Virus record (IMG/VR): IMGVR_UViG_3300037851_000323
Location: 1-48,360 of that record
DNA: 48,360 nt
Strand: one strand, 5' to 3'
Source: a virus
Taxonomy: Duplodnaviria; Caudoviricetes
Shown: positions 35,823-46,159 of the stretch, one piece after another
How the letters are laid out: each line of letters starts with the position of its first letter
How positions within the stretch are numbered: position 1 is the first letter of the stretch
Made by a program: the position numbers and the translations under genes
The notes under the pieces: model-generated
Seen by the model: only the letters and a program-made list of their open reading frames with translations
Told to the model about the DNA's origin: nothing
Databases searched by the model: none

Positions 35823-37067
35823 ATGCCAGAAGACATTAATCCTGTAACTGATATTGGTGAACAGGACACCGAAGTCTCTGATGATCGCTCTGATATGGAC
35901 ATTCTGAACGATGTCAAAGATGATAAAGATGATAAGACTGAGGAAAAGGTAGAGTCTAAACCGCTTAAAGAGGAAGAGGAAGAGGAAGAAGAGGAAGAGG
36001 AAGAGGAAGAAGATAAGGAAAAAGCTGAACCTGAAGAGGAAGAGGAAGATATTGAAGATGAGGTTCCTTTACCTTCTCCAGAGTACAAAGAAGTAATTAA
36101 GAAATATCCTCAACTCTTCAAAGATTTCCCTGGACTCAGACACGATTTTTTCCGTGTTAAAGCTTTTGATAAAATCTTTACCTCTGTTGATGAAGCGCGT
36201 GAGATCGCCCATCAATATGATGGTTATCAGCAACTTGGTAAAGTTCTCGAGATTGGAGATGCTGAGAATCTTTTAAAGAATCTTGGTACTTGGAATAAGC
36301 AGAGTATGGTAAGATTAGCAGGTAGCTTCCTGCCTTCTCTGTTTAAGGTAGATCCTCAGACTTACTCTAATGTTGCTACTGATATGGTAGCACGTATTCT
36401 TAGATCAGCACAGGCACAGGCTAAGTCTTCTGGCAACAAGAATCTTTATCATGCCGCAGCACATCTATCAATGTATCTCTGGAACAAAGAGGATATACCA
36501 GAGATTGCTCCACAAACAACTCCTGAAATAGAGGAGCAGAAACGCCAGCTTCAAGAACGAGAACGCAAATTTTTTGAGGCTAGACATCAAGATTTTGTTA
36601 CAGACGTCAAGGATACTGGAGAGCGTCTTCTCAGGAAGGAAGTAGCTCGTGGACTTGACCCTGATAATGTTCTTCCTGACTTTGTTAAGGAAACCATCTT
36701 AGATCGAGTCATGGCACAAGTTGATGACATGATGGGAGAAGATGAACAACACATTCGCAATATGAATGCTTTGTGGGAGAGAGCTTCTCGAATGGGTCAT
36801 GGTAAAGATTTTAAGACACGGTTGATTCAAGCCTATATCGGCCGTGCCCGAAGTCTTATTGGTCCCGTTCGAAGGAAGTTTGTTTCTGAAGCTCTGGCTA
36901 GAGTAAATAAGAGAGCTACAGAGAAAGATACAACTACAACTAAGAAATCTGTTCCTGGTGGTAAAAGTCCAAGTGGAGGAGGGAAGCCTCCCTCTCCCAG
37001 GGAAGTAGATTGGTCCAACACATCGGACTTAGACTATATGAACAGAAAAATAACTAGAAGGAAGTAA
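35823..37067 (+). CDS. Capsid scaffolding protein
   Basis: Very acidic N-terminus with a poly-Glu tract, coiled coil and basic C-terminus. Immediately precedes the capsid gene. AGGAGG RBS. Confidence 0.7.
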   Translation: MPEDINPVTDIGEQDTEVSDDRSDMDILNDVKDDKDDKTEEKVESKPLKEEEEEEEEEEEEEEDKEKAEPEEEEEDIEDEVPLPSPEYKEVIKKYPQLFKDFPGLRHDFFRVKAFDKIFTSVDEAREIAHQYDGYQQLGKVLEIGDAENLLKNLGTWNKQSMVRLAGSFLPSLFKVDPQTYSNVATDMVARILRSAQAQAKSSGNKNLYHAAAHLSMYLWNKEDIPEIAPQTTPEIEEQKRQLQERERKFFEARHQDFVTDVKDTGERLLRKEVARGLDPDNVLPDFVKETILDRVMAQVDDMMGEDEQHIRNMNALWERASRMGHGKDFKTRLIQAYIGRARSLIGPVRRKFVSEALARVNKRATEKDTTTTKKSVPGGKSPSGGGKPPSPREVDWSNTSDLDYMNRKITRRK

Positions 37068-37071
37068 CATC

Positions 37072-38337
37072 ATGGCTCAGACTGAGGTTATGGTCAATGC
37101 TACGGAATTAGAGCGGGTCCGTGAGGATCTCCCTGTTCTGTTCGATCGACCTGTAACTTTCTACTCGACTATTGAAAAACGTAATGTCGAGCAGGTTTCC
37201 AACAAAGCCCTTCGTATTCCTGCGGAGATGTATCCTGGAGGCAAGGGCGGACACTTCTCTCCTGCTGGTGGTTCTCTTGGTCTAGGTACTGGACCCACGT
37301 TCGATCAGTTCACTACTAGCGTGGTCCACCTCAAGTATGCTATTCAGTGGGAAAAGAAGGCAGAGTGGGCTACGGATTCTAACCGTAAAGCTGTCTTACA
37401 GTCCACTCGCTATCTCATCTCCAAAGCCCTCGTAGAGTTCCGTCGTCTTTGGGACTGTCTCTATGTTGGCTCTGATGGTCACGGTAATCTCGGGACCGTT
37501 TCTGCGGTATCAAATGCCGGTGGCTATGATACTGTCACCTTAAACTCTGATGGTTTTGGTGCTAAGTTGCTTAGATATGCTCAGGATATTGCATACTTTG
37601 ATAGCACCTATACTACCAACCGCACCGCTGGTACGGATAAAACCATCGAATTCCATGATACTGTTAATAAACAGATTAAAACCACTACTACTGCTGGTCT
37701 GGCGGCGACCGATATTGCTGTTATTGGTGGTCTTGGTAATGTGACGGGTACGTCTGTAGTCTCTGTTAATGGTGTGCCCTATCACCACTCCAATGCTAGC
37801 TCTGGTACTTATCAGGGCCTAAACCGTGCCACGTATCCCCAGATTCGTGCAAATGGTATTAATGCTAGCTCTGGCCAGCTTGCGCTAAGCTATGTTCGTC
37901 GTGCACTTAATGCCATTGGAGATCGTATTGGCGAGGACCAGATGAAGAAGCCAGTTGCCTGGATGCATCCTTGCCAGAAGCAGGCTTATGAGGAGCTTGG
38001 TCAGACGGTTAGCATCCTCAACAAACAGGCGAAGACTGAGGGACTCGATCTATTCTATGGCGACAACCTTCAGATGGCCGGTGTCCCAATCAAGACACAC
38101 TATGCTTGGGATAAGACCCGTATCGACTTCCTAGTTAGTGAAGTCTGGGGTCGTTCGGTTATGCACGAACTCGACTGGTACACGGTTGAGGGTCGTCGAT
38201 TCTTCGAGCTTCGCGATACGGATGGCTCTGTTATGACTTCAACAGTTAGCTATCTTACCGCGTCGCAGCAGTCGTTCGTAACTCAGCCACCTGCAATCAG
38301 CTATATTTATAGTCTTGCAATTCCGACTGGTTACTAA
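37072..38337 (+). CDS. Major capsid protein
   Basis: 421 aa after the scaffold, followed by a hairpin. GSDGHG and YQGLNRATYP segments resemble HK97-fold capsid proteins. Confidence 0.8.
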   Translation: MAQTEVMVNATELERVREDLPVLFDRPVTFYSTIEKRNVEQVSNKALRIPAEMYPGGKGGHFSPAGGSLGLGTGPTFDQFTTSVVHLKYAIQWEKKAEWATDSNRKAVLQSTRYLISKALVEFRRLWDCLYVGSDGHGNLGTVSAVSNAGGYDTVTLNSDGFGAKLLRYAQDIAYFDSTYTTNRTAGTDKTIEFHDTVNKQIKTTTTAGLAATDIAVIGGLGNVTGTSVVSVNGVPYHHSNASSGTYQGLNRATYPQIRANGINASSGQLALSYVRRALNAIGDRIGEDQMKKPVAWMHPCQKQAYEELGQTVSILNKQAKTEGLDLFYGDNLQMAGVPIKTHYAWDKTRIDFLVSEVWGRSVMHELDWYTVEGRRFFELRDTDGSVMTSTVSYLTASQQSFVTQPPAISYIYSLAIPTGY

Positions 38338-38350
38338 TACTTGAGGTATG

Positions 38351-38370
38351 GGAGGAGCTATTGCTCCTCC
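38351..38370 (+). terminator. Hairpin after the capsid gene (terminator/stabiliser, weak U-tract)
   Basis: GGAGGAGC-TATT-GCTCCTCC. Confidence 0.55.
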
Positions 38371-38380
38371 TATACATATC

Positions 38381-38917
38381 ATGGCAACTGATATTGATAT
38401 CATAAATAAATGGCTTAAGAATCAATACGGGACAGATCTCAGGTCTCGTCCCTGGTATCGTATTATCTGGTCTGAGAATGAAACAGAGAAACGAACGGGG
38501 ATCTTTAACGATTTCACGGACTCTGGATTATATATCGGATACCACCAAGGTTTACGTGAGGTTAAAAAATATGCTAACCCTATTTATAAGGATAGATGGA
38601 TTCTTGAGAAACTAATTTATGGTCTCAATAATAAGGAGATTTGGGGAGATACTGCGAGGGATGGGATATATGAACCCATCTGGGTCTTCCGAGGACCGGG
38701 AGATACATACCAGAAACCAACGACTAAGACTGTGGATTTTATTGTCCAAAGTTTACTCGCAGAGAAACCCAAACTTACGCAATCTGATACAGATTATGAG
38801 GAAGAGCAGAGTCTAGAAAAAGAGAAACGAGAGGAATACGAGCGTTTGGGTGGTAGTGAAGATCGTCCTCTTATGGATGGACAGGGTATAGTAGTTCCTA
38901 AAAATTATGGAGGTTAA
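38381..38917 (+). CDS. Hypothetical phage protein
   Basis: ATG 38381 after the hairpin; YRIIWSE and DRWILEK segments. Confidence 0.65.
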   Translation: MATDIDIINKWLKNQYGTDLRSRPWYRIIWSENETEKRTGIFNDFTDSGLYIGYHQGLREVKKYANPIYKDRWILEKLIYGLNNKEIWGDTARDGIYEPIWVFRGPGDTYQKPTTKTVDFIVQSLLAEKPKLTQSDTDYEEEQSLEKEKREEYERLGGSEDRPLMDGQGIVVPKNYGG

Positions 38918-39522
38918 TGATGCCGTGTACAGTAGCGTCCCTAGTACCATTTCCAGTTAACGAGCCAATTAAGACTGGCCTCGTTCCGGGAAGATTTCCG
39001 ATTGGGGCGTCGGATGGAAAAAAGCCTGTTCTAATTACTATCAAGAATGCTGTCCGGGCTCAGTACAATGAGAACTATAGCATCATTGATATGCCTGTAC
39101 CTGCTGAGGAGGTATCTGCAAGCATTGTCAATGATTACATTCTAGGTCAGTTACTTACCAGTACAGAGCAAGGTCCGGCTATCTTCTGGGTAAATGGGGA
39201 ATGGAGCCAAGCTGATTTTGAGAAGAAGTTTGAAAAAGAAATCAAAGAGGCTCAGGCTAGACAGATTAAATGGTTCCAAAACCTAGTTAAAGCTGCTGAC
39301 GATATTTGGCAGCAACATCATCAGCATAAGTTTATTGCTGATCTTCAGCGAACGGCTGCTCGATTCCTTAATTATAAGCGGGAATGGCTTGAAGACTCAG
39401 CTGATAAGTCTGTTAAGTGTCCTGCCTGTATGACTATTATTTCTTCTGAGGCTGCTATTTGTTTTGCTTGCAAGGCAATAGTAAATCCAGAGAAGGCTAA
39501 GCAATTCCAGTTTGCGAGTTAA
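38917..39522 (+). CDS. Hypothetical protein with C-terminal Zn ribbon
   Basis: CPAC...CFAC motifs; GGAGG RBS. Confidence 0.7.
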   Translation: MMPCTVASLVPFPVNEPIKTGLVPGRFPIGASDGKKPVLITIKNAVRAQYNENYSIIDMPVPAEEVSASIVNDYILGQLLTSTEQGPAIFWVNGEWSQADFEKKFEKEIKEAQARQIKWFQNLVKAADDIWQQHHQHKFIADLQRTAARFLNYKREWLEDSADKSVKCPACMTIISSEAAICFACKAIVNPEKAKQFQFAS

Positions 39523-39524
39523 TT

Positions 39525-40217
39525 ATGGCTCTCCTGGCATCTGAAGTGATAACAATGGCCGTTGAGACGTATCTAAACGACCCAAGTAAAATTGTTTTCA
39601 ATGATACAGTGATGCTTCCTTTTATTAAGGAGGCGGTATTGGATCTCGAGAGTGCAATGCTTGAAGCAGGTATTCCATATATGGAAACCAACTCAAGCAC
39701 TCTAGCTCTAACAGCTATTACATCTGTTGCTATTTCAAGCTCATCGAGTCCTGCTCTACCATCTGATCTCTTAATTCCTATTCTTCTAGAAGAGAGGAAA
39801 ACAGGATCAGGTGCTCAGTTCGTTCCCATGATAGAACGGGAGCGGCTCCCAGAACGGGCACAGTATGAGACATTACAGGATTGGTGTTGGGAGGACGATC
39901 AGATTAAGCTTGTAGGTGCAACTGCGGCGACTGATGTTAAGATTGAATATCAAAAGTCTTTAGGTGCCATTTCTGCTACGACTAGTTCAATTTATGTTTT
40001 AGGCTCTAAGAAATATTTAGCTCTTAGAGCATCATCAATAGCTGCTTTAACAGTTGGTAATAACCCAGAGCGCTCTTTTCAATTAAAAGCTGAAGCTTCT
40101 ACAGAGCTGAGTAGGTTCATTGTGTCTCGAATTAAGGAGACACAGAATTATCCCGCAAGGAGACTTCCTTATGGGTACGTAAGACGTCAGCTTAGATTAC
40201 TAAGACAAGGGAGATAA
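39525..40217 (+). CDS. Putative head-tail adaptor
   Basis: N-terminal helices (YLND...LPFIKEA), LPSDLL and C-terminal helices, as in podovirus adaptor proteins. Confidence 0.6.
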   Translation: MALLASEVITMAVETYLNDPSKIVFNDTVMLPFIKEAVLDLESAMLEAGIPYMETNSSTLALTAITSVAISSSSSPALPSDLLIPILLEERKTGSGAQFVPMIERERLPERAQYETLQDWCWEDDQIKLVGATAATDVKIEYQKSLGAISATTSSIYVLGSKKYLALRASSIAALTVGNNPERSFQLKAEASTELSRFIVSRIKETQNYPARRLPYGYVRRQLRLLRQGR

Positions 40218-40221
40218 GACA

Positions 40222-40581
40222 ATGGCCGCTGCGGTGTTTACATTAACAAAATCCGGCAGTCGTAACCTCGGTGGTGGGGCTATGATCGTTTATGGTACAA
40301 TCACTACGGATACTGGTGATTATGCAACAAATGGCATTGCTCCATCCCCCACGTTTGCATCACTCGATAGAATTTCTGGTAGGGCTCCTGATCTAGTTCT
40401 TTTCTCAAATGATGGGGGATATAACTTCTATTATTCCTCCGCTAAGATTGTTGCATTAGCTCAGCGAGATTCAGCAGGAACCACTTATGATCTTAAGGCT
40501 TTAGCTGAATATCCTAATGCCACAGCTTTTACTGCTGTAACGGTTAAATTCGTAGCTTTCTGGTTCCCCAAGGTTCCATAA
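40222..40581 (+). CDS. Putative virion structural protein
   Basis: 119 aa, GDYATNGI segment, located in the tail module. Confidence 0.5.
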   Translation: MAAAVFTLTKSGSRNLGGGAMIVYGTITTDTGDYATNGIAPSPTFASLDRISGRAPDLVLFSNDGGYNFYYSSAKIVALAQRDSAGTTYDLKALAEYPNATAFTAVTVKFVAFWFPKVP

Positions 40582-40582
40582 T

Positions 40583-42496
40583 ATGCTGTCCCCAATCATT
40601 TCCTATAAGGGCCGATACGGCCGTGACGCAATGGATGATGGTGTTCCCTTCGATCATGCAATTGATGAAGAGAACATTGACTTCACGGATGTCTCTTCTG
40701 GTACGCGTAATGGATTCGTTCCTTATCTAGAGGCAGGAGGTGGTTGGAATGGTGTATGTCTTCGTGCACATGTATTCGAAAGGGTTGGGGAGGCACCACA
40801 GATTCTAATTTTAGATGATGGTGGAAATATTTACTCCTCGATTAGCTTTGCCTCTCCAATCCTTACTTTCGCTTCACCCCCTGAAGACTTTGCAATTGTA
40901 TCAATGTATGGTCGCTGTTATATATGTCCGCATACTGGTTTAGCGGGAGCTACAGCAGAGAAAGTTTATGTATATACTGGTACTGGTGTAGCTAGAGAGG
41001 CGGGGGGAGCCGCACCTACAGGCCATACCCTTGCTGGTGTAGAAGTAGCTGATGGCAAGATGGAAAAAGGTACTCGACTCTTTGCCATATGTTATCTAAC
41101 GGATACTAGTCATTACACTCCTCCCGGTTTGGAAACTGCTGATGTATTAAGCTTTGAAACTACAGCGGATAATAAGAAATTAACAATCTCAGGATTAAAT
41201 AAAGTAGGTATTCCCTCCTATATTACTCATGTTCGTGTTATAGCTACTCCCGTTCTTGGGGAAACTTATAACGGAAATCCTAAGGAACAATCATGGTATT
41301 TTGTTCCTGATGCATTGGTTACAACTGGAACAGATACGGTTACAGTAGACTTCTATGACGCTGATTTAATCGCATCTGCTGATTATCTCCAGTATCAGAA
41401 ATCTACCATTCCTGCTGGCTGTGCATTGGTTGATTTCAATGGTCGAATGATAGTAATAGGAGATCCTGCATCTTCAGCTAAACCCTGGGTTTCTTCCCCC
41501 ACAGAGTGTGAATCCTTTTCTGACTTAGATGGATACATGGTGGTCGAACCGGGAGAGGGGGGAGCATGTAGAAATGCTGCCTCAAGTCGGGGGATACTAT
41601 ATATAACGAAGTCTCAGAGAATCTATTCTGTAGAAGAGAATGGAGCTAGTCCAACTACTTGGACCTGTTCTCGCTTAGATGCTGCAATGGGGGCTGAGGC
41701 AAATGGATTATCTAAGATCCTAAATTCTACGGGAACGGCACAAGATGCAATATTTCTAGCTGATAGATCAGGAATCTTTATGTTTCCTAATCAAGTTGAA
41801 CTTACTTGGAAGATTAGGAATCTTTGGAATTTAATCTATCAGCCATATTTCTACAAGGTTCAACTTCGTTTTGATCCTATCAGAAGTAAGATATATGCTA
41901 ATCTTCCCCTTGGTTCTTCAACCGAATGCAATTATTTATTAGTAGGGGACTTTTCTTTAGGATTAAGTAAGGAAAATATCCGTTGGTCCCTTTGGACAAT
42001 TTATTCTGATGCTGCCCAAACTACTGTATTAGCTACGACTTCTATTTTCATAATGGTTGATAATTCGACTAAGTTATCTTACATTCTGTTTGGTAGCTCG
42101 TCTGGTAGTATTTACAGGATATCTTATTCCGCTAGAAGGGATCAATTAGCCACTAGTACCTTTAGACATATCAAGTCCTTTATTCGCCTTGGTTTCTTCC
42201 CACCAGAGTCTAGTGGGAATGTTAATCAGTTGACCGAAGTGAGATATAGAATTAAAGGTTATGGCACTCTAACCTCTGATTTATATGGCCTTGATGATAG
42301 CGTCTCCTACTCATTTCCAGACATGACTCTAGCCACTTCTCCGGGTAAAGAAATATTACGACCTTGCAATCTAGTTAATGAAAAGGGCTCTTTGAAGCTT
42401 ACGGTGAATGGATCTACTTCTGGGAGTGGACACTATTTTGTTCTCTTTGGGATTCGTATTGATACTAGTCCTATTTGGGCATCGAGGCCAAGATAA
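40583..42496 (+). CDS. Putative tail nozzle / tubular protein (beta-propeller)
   Basis: 637 aa, beta-rich, FNGRMIV and WVS repeats, located after the adaptor. Confidence 0.6.
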   Translation: MLSPIISYKGRYGRDAMDDGVPFDHAIDEENIDFTDVSSGTRNGFVPYLEAGGGWNGVCLRAHVFERVGEAPQILILDDGGNIYSSISFASPILTFASPPEDFAIVSMYGRCYICPHTGLAGATAEKVYVYTGTGVAREAGGAAPTGHTLAGVEVADGKMEKGTRLFAICYLTDTSHYTPPGLETADVLSFETTADNKKLTISGLNKVGIPSYITHVRVIATPVLGETYNGNPKEQSWYFVPDALVTTGTDTVTVDFYDADLIASADYLQYQKSTIPAGCALVDFNGRMIVIGDPASSAKPWVSSPTECESFSDLDGYMVVEPGEGGACRNAASSRGILYITKSQRIYSVEENGASPTTWTCSRLDAAMGAEANGLSKILNSTGTAQDAIFLADRSGIFMFPNQVELTWKIRNLWNLIYQPYFYKVQLRFDPIRSKIYANLPLGSSTECNYLLVGDFSLGLSKENIRWSLWTIYSDAAQTTVLATTSIFIMVDNSTKLSYILFGSSSGSIYRISYSARRDQLATSTFRHIKSFIRLGFFPPESSGNVNQLTEVRYRIKGYGTLTSDLYGLDDSVSYSFPDMTLATSPGKEILRPCNLVNEKGSLKLTVNGSTSGSGHYFVLFGIRIDTSPIWASRPR

Positions 42497-43932
42497 TGGT
42501 ACAGCAAGCGCGCTCCAATAGGATTAAAGCAGACCTTGTACACCTCGAGAAACTAAGCCCCTCAGTTCACAAGGCTCTTGTCTCAATGCAGAGGGATATC
42601 TCTGAGTTATATGAAGAATTACATCCTATTGAGGCAATAGTTGGAGAGTACGCAATAGCGGTATCAGACCGGCCGGATCTTCCAGCTACATTTAGCTATT
42701 CTTTTGGTCCTTATTCTGTTAATTTTCAGTGGACTTCCGTATCTACAGCTTTATTCTATGAACTTAGAGTTGGGGGGTCAGACTGGGATACAGCTACTTT
42801 TGTGGTTCGGACGCCCAGTCTTGGAGCATCAGTTGATCCCTTAGCAATAGGTTCATATACTTATAGACTAAAAACAATCACATCCGCTGGAATATATAGT
42901 GAGTTCAGCACAGACCTGGCTGTTTCCGTGGTTGGGCCAGCCGCTCCATCTCTTGCCTCACAAGTTATTGATAACAACGTATTACTTTGGTGGACCAACC
43001 CAAGCTCAGAGTTTTGGATAGATCATTATATTCTTTCAGTAGATAGTGTAGATTTCTCCCAAACAACAGCTCTTTTTGCTTCTCGTTTTGAGATGCTATC
43101 CGGGACTTATACTTATGGAATTAGGGCAGTAGATACATATGGTAATGAAGGAGTAGAGACAACTGTAACACTCTTTGTAAACCAGCCACCAGATTTTACA
43201 CTGTATAATTCATATACTATGGATGGCACGGCTACAATGACTAACTGCTTCTTTGAAGATCCATATTTCTATGGAGCGGTTGATCTTACTGACACCCCTG
43301 CTATTCGGTCTGGAACATATGCGACTCCCGCCGATCAGGTAACAGCCGGTTATGCTGTGGTTTATCAGCCCAACTTGCTAACGGCTACAATCGAACAGAA
43401 GTTTGATGCAGGTACTATTTTAAATGCCTTAATCATTACTACTTCATGGATTGAAGAAATAATACCAACAGCCACTGATTTAGATATATCAGTTGAGATG
43501 AATATATCAGATGATGATGTTGTTTGGTCTGGTTGGACTTCTGGTGCATCCCAATATTTTGATCATTTTAGGTATTTCAAGATTAGGGTATCCTTTACTG
43601 CTGATAATGCTGATGACTTTGTTAAACTATCAGAGATTAAATCGGTTCTATCCGTAAAACGAGAGGTTGATAGCAATACAATCTTCTGTGATTCAACTGA
43701 TGCAACTGGTACAGAAGTAGATATGCCAGGAGATGTATCACTTGGACATGGCTCAAAAACGTTCAAAGATATAGATAGTATTACCGGAGAGGCTCTGACA
43801 ACAGAACCTGCTACGGTAGTCATAGATTTTGTTGACATACCCAACCCGACATCTTTTTCTATTTATGTCTTTGATGCCGCTGGAAGAAGAATAGATGCTA
43901 ACGTCTCCTGGAAAGTTAGGGGAGCAGTCTAA
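42496..43932 (+). CDS. Tail protein with Fn3-like domains
   Basis: W..V....YELR and GTYTYGIRAVDTYGNE Fn3-type motifs. C-terminal VSWKVRG. Confidence 0.65.
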   Translation: MVQQARSNRIKADLVHLEKLSPSVHKALVSMQRDISELYEELHPIEAIVGEYAIAVSDRPDLPATFSYSFGPYSVNFQWTSVSTALFYELRVGGSDWDTATFVVRTPSLGASVDPLAIGSYTYRLKTITSAGIYSEFSTDLAVSVVGPAAPSLASQVIDNNVLLWWTNPSSEFWIDHYILSVDSVDFSQTTALFASRFEMLSGTYTYGIRAVDTYGNEGVETTVTLFVNQPPDFTLYNSYTMDGTATMTNCFFEDPYFYGAVDLTDTPAIRSGTYATPADQVTAGYAVVYQPNLLTATIEQKFDAGTILNALIITTSWIEEIIPTATDLDISVEMNISDDDVVWSGWTSGASQYFDHFRYFKIRVSFTADNADDFVKLSEIKSVLSVKREVDSNTIFCDSTDATGTEVDMPGDVSLGHGSKTFKDIDSITGEALTTEPATVVIDFVDIPNPTSFSIYVFDAAGRRIDANVSWKVRGAV

Positions 43933-45473
43933 TGCCTAGCACTAATTATTGGGTACGTTGGGACCCAACAAATAAGAAATGGGAATTCAGTATCAATCAG
44001 GGCTCCTCTTGGTCTGATCTCGTCGAAAACCCTACTTTTGAGGTTACTAAATTTAATGAGATAGCCGCACCAGCAGTTTCAGATGAGGGTAATGCTAAGC
44101 TTTATATGGATAATGCTACTCATCAACTCATGCTTTCTGAGAATGGTGGAGCTTATGTTCCTATAAAAGCAGCTTTTGAGATTTATACTGCTGACTCCAT
44201 GACTGTAACGACAGGGGGTCTTGGTTCTGGTACTGTAACAACTACACATACTTTGGATGAGACATCTGTTAGGATAGATGAGGTTGGTGGCTCTCCTGGT
44301 ATGGATGTAGAGTTAACTATTAATACAGGTAAGATAGTATCTTTATCAGAACTTATTGTACATTCTTATTACTCTGCTGCTTCTAGTGGTCATTCTGTAG
44401 CTATTCAATGTTACAATTATACTACCGCTGCTTGGGTTACTTTCCATACTCTTGTACCTGCTACTGGTCTAGAATATAATGCATTTACTCTAGATTCCAA
44501 TTATCTCAGCTCTGGTAATGCTAGGATGAGATTCTATCATACCGCTTCTGGTAATATCAACCATGATCTTTATATTGATTATGTAGCATGGCGGTCTGCT
44601 GATATCTCCGCTGGTCTTATATATGTTAAGAAGACTGGGGATACCATGACGGGGGACTTGACCCTCACTAGCGCGACAACTTTAAAGCCACAAGTATCTA
44701 TTACTAATACCAATGCGGATGCTAATTCTGCTTCTCTTTACTTTGCTAAGTATAGTGCTAGTCCTGCTGATAATGACTTATTGGGCCTAATTCGTTTCTA
44801 TGGCTATGATGATGCCGGTACCCCAAACACCAGGAATTATGCACAGATCTATGGTTATGCTAAAGATGTATCTACAACGACGGAAGACGGAGCTATAGCA
44901 TTTGAGTTGATAACAGCTGGAACTCTAAGTAGTTGTCTTATTTTGATGGAAGGAAAGAGCGGCTCTGCACCAGCTAGCTTCTGTGACTATACCCCACAGA
45001 CAACCGCTCCGAACATCAGGCTCTACGCGCATCCGCTGGGAGTAAAACTTAGGGCTGATAGTGTAGCGGCGGTTACTATCACTGGCGGTTTGTCTTATGC
45101 CTACATCTTTGATGCAGTAGACTATGATGCCAGCTCTTCTCAACTCTATGCAGCTACTTGTGGTGGGACAGCAAACGCTGGAATATATGTTGTTCAGACT
45201 GGTTATTATCGCTGGAGTGTAATTGCTACAGTAGAGGTTCCGGCATCTACAGATATTGCTTGGTATGCAGCCCTTACAACATCTACTACTGTAGGAAACT
45301 ATCTTGGAATTCAAGTAGAAAGAAATGATGCAACCTCGGCTAAGTACAAGACAATGTCTATGAGCGGAACCGCCCTTATACCCGCTGGATACTACATTAT
45401 GTTTATGACTAGCATTAATGCTGCCCCACCAGACAACAACTGGTCAACATGCTCTATTGAAAGGCTAAACTAA
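43932..45473 (+). CDS. Tail fibre / receptor-binding protein
   Basis: YVKKTGDTMTGDL fibre motif and a C-terminal C1q/TNF-like beta domain (IYVVQTGYY). Confidence 0.7.
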   Translation: MPSTNYWVRWDPTNKKWEFSINQGSSWSDLVENPTFEVTKFNEIAAPAVSDEGNAKLYMDNATHQLMLSENGGAYVPIKAAFEIYTADSMTVTTGGLGSGTVTTTHTLDETSVRIDEVGGSPGMDVELTINTGKIVSLSELIVHSYYSAASSGHSVAIQCYNYTTAAWVTFHTLVPATGLEYNAFTLDSNYLSSGNARMRFYHTASGNINHDLYIDYVAWRSADISAGLIYVKKTGDTMTGDLTLTSATTLKPQVSITNTNADANSASLYFAKYSASPADNDLLGLIRFYGYDDAGTPNTRNYAQIYGYAKDVSTTTEDGAIAFELITAGTLSSCLILMEGKSGSAPASFCDYTPQTTAPNIRLYAHPLGVKLRADSVAAVTITGGLSYAYIFDAVDYDASSSQLYAATCGGTANAGIYVVQTGYYRWSVIATVEVPASTDIAWYAALTTSTTVGNYLGIQVERNDATSAKYKTMSMSGTALIPAGYYIMFMTSINAAPPDNNWSTCSIERLN

Positions 45474-45474
45474 T

Positions 45475-45699
45475 ATGAAGAAGATAAGGGGAACCATAGA
45501 CCTTCCAGACCCAGTCTATGATGCTATCAAAACTAAGATACCTGATCCTGATGCTTGGGCGGATACAGTTTTAACAAATAAATTAAAACAGAAGATTAGA
45601 GAGCTTGAAATATTAGAAGATAGGAGAAGGATATCAGCAATTAAGAATGCATCTCCAAGTGTTAAAACTCAAATAGATACACTTTTAGGACTTATATAA
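45475..45699 (+). CDS. Small hypothetical protein (possible fibre chaperone)
   Basis: 74 aa directly after the fibre gene. Confidence 0.55.
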   Translation: MKKIRGTIDLPDPVYDAIKTKIPDPDAWADTVLTNKLKQKIRELEILEDRRRISAIKNASPSVKTQIDTLLGLI

Positions 45700-45700
45700 T

Positions 45701-46159
45701 ATGGCAAACATAGATTGGGATACACAACCGGCCACGGCAAACACAGATACGTGGGCAAATTATACTGCGTATCTGCGGAATCGTGACGACCATCTTGGGA
45801 CGATGGATTATTCCGTAGGTGTTACTGATTCAGACATTCCTACTGGTTTCATTCAGTTTGTCGTAGCTTCTAATAAGTTTCAGCGTTGGTCTGGGTCTGC
45901 TTGGGTTGATATTGTCCTTTCTGTAGCTGGTGGTGGTACAGCCCTAACATCTGTTGGAGATATGATTTCACAGAATGCTAACGCTATAGCTATTACTGGC
46001 GGGACCATAGCAGGTCTTACATCCCTCAGTCTTTCTGGAAGCATAACCTTTGCTGCTGATGGGACATATAGTATTGGTACCTCATCCGCACAGGGTAGTA
46101 TGGCATATTTCAAGAATGGTCTAAAAATTCCTGTCGGGACAGATAAGTGGGCTACATAA
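45701..46159 (+). CDS. Short tail-fibre-like protein
   Basis: FQRWSGSAW, LSVAGGGT and QNANAIAITGGTI are motifs common in phage fibres. Confidence 0.6.
   Translation: MANIDWDTQPATANTDTWANYTAYLRNRDDHLGTMDYSVGVTDSDIPTGFIQFVVASNKFQRWSGSAWVDIVLSVAGGGTALTSVGDMISQNANAIAITGGTIAGLTSLSLSGSITFAADGTYSIGTSSAQGSMAYFKNGLKIPVGTDKWAT

Noticed and set aside
35798-36088. Poly-Ser antisense ORF
   Set aside because: It is the mirror of the scaffold's poly-Glu tract.
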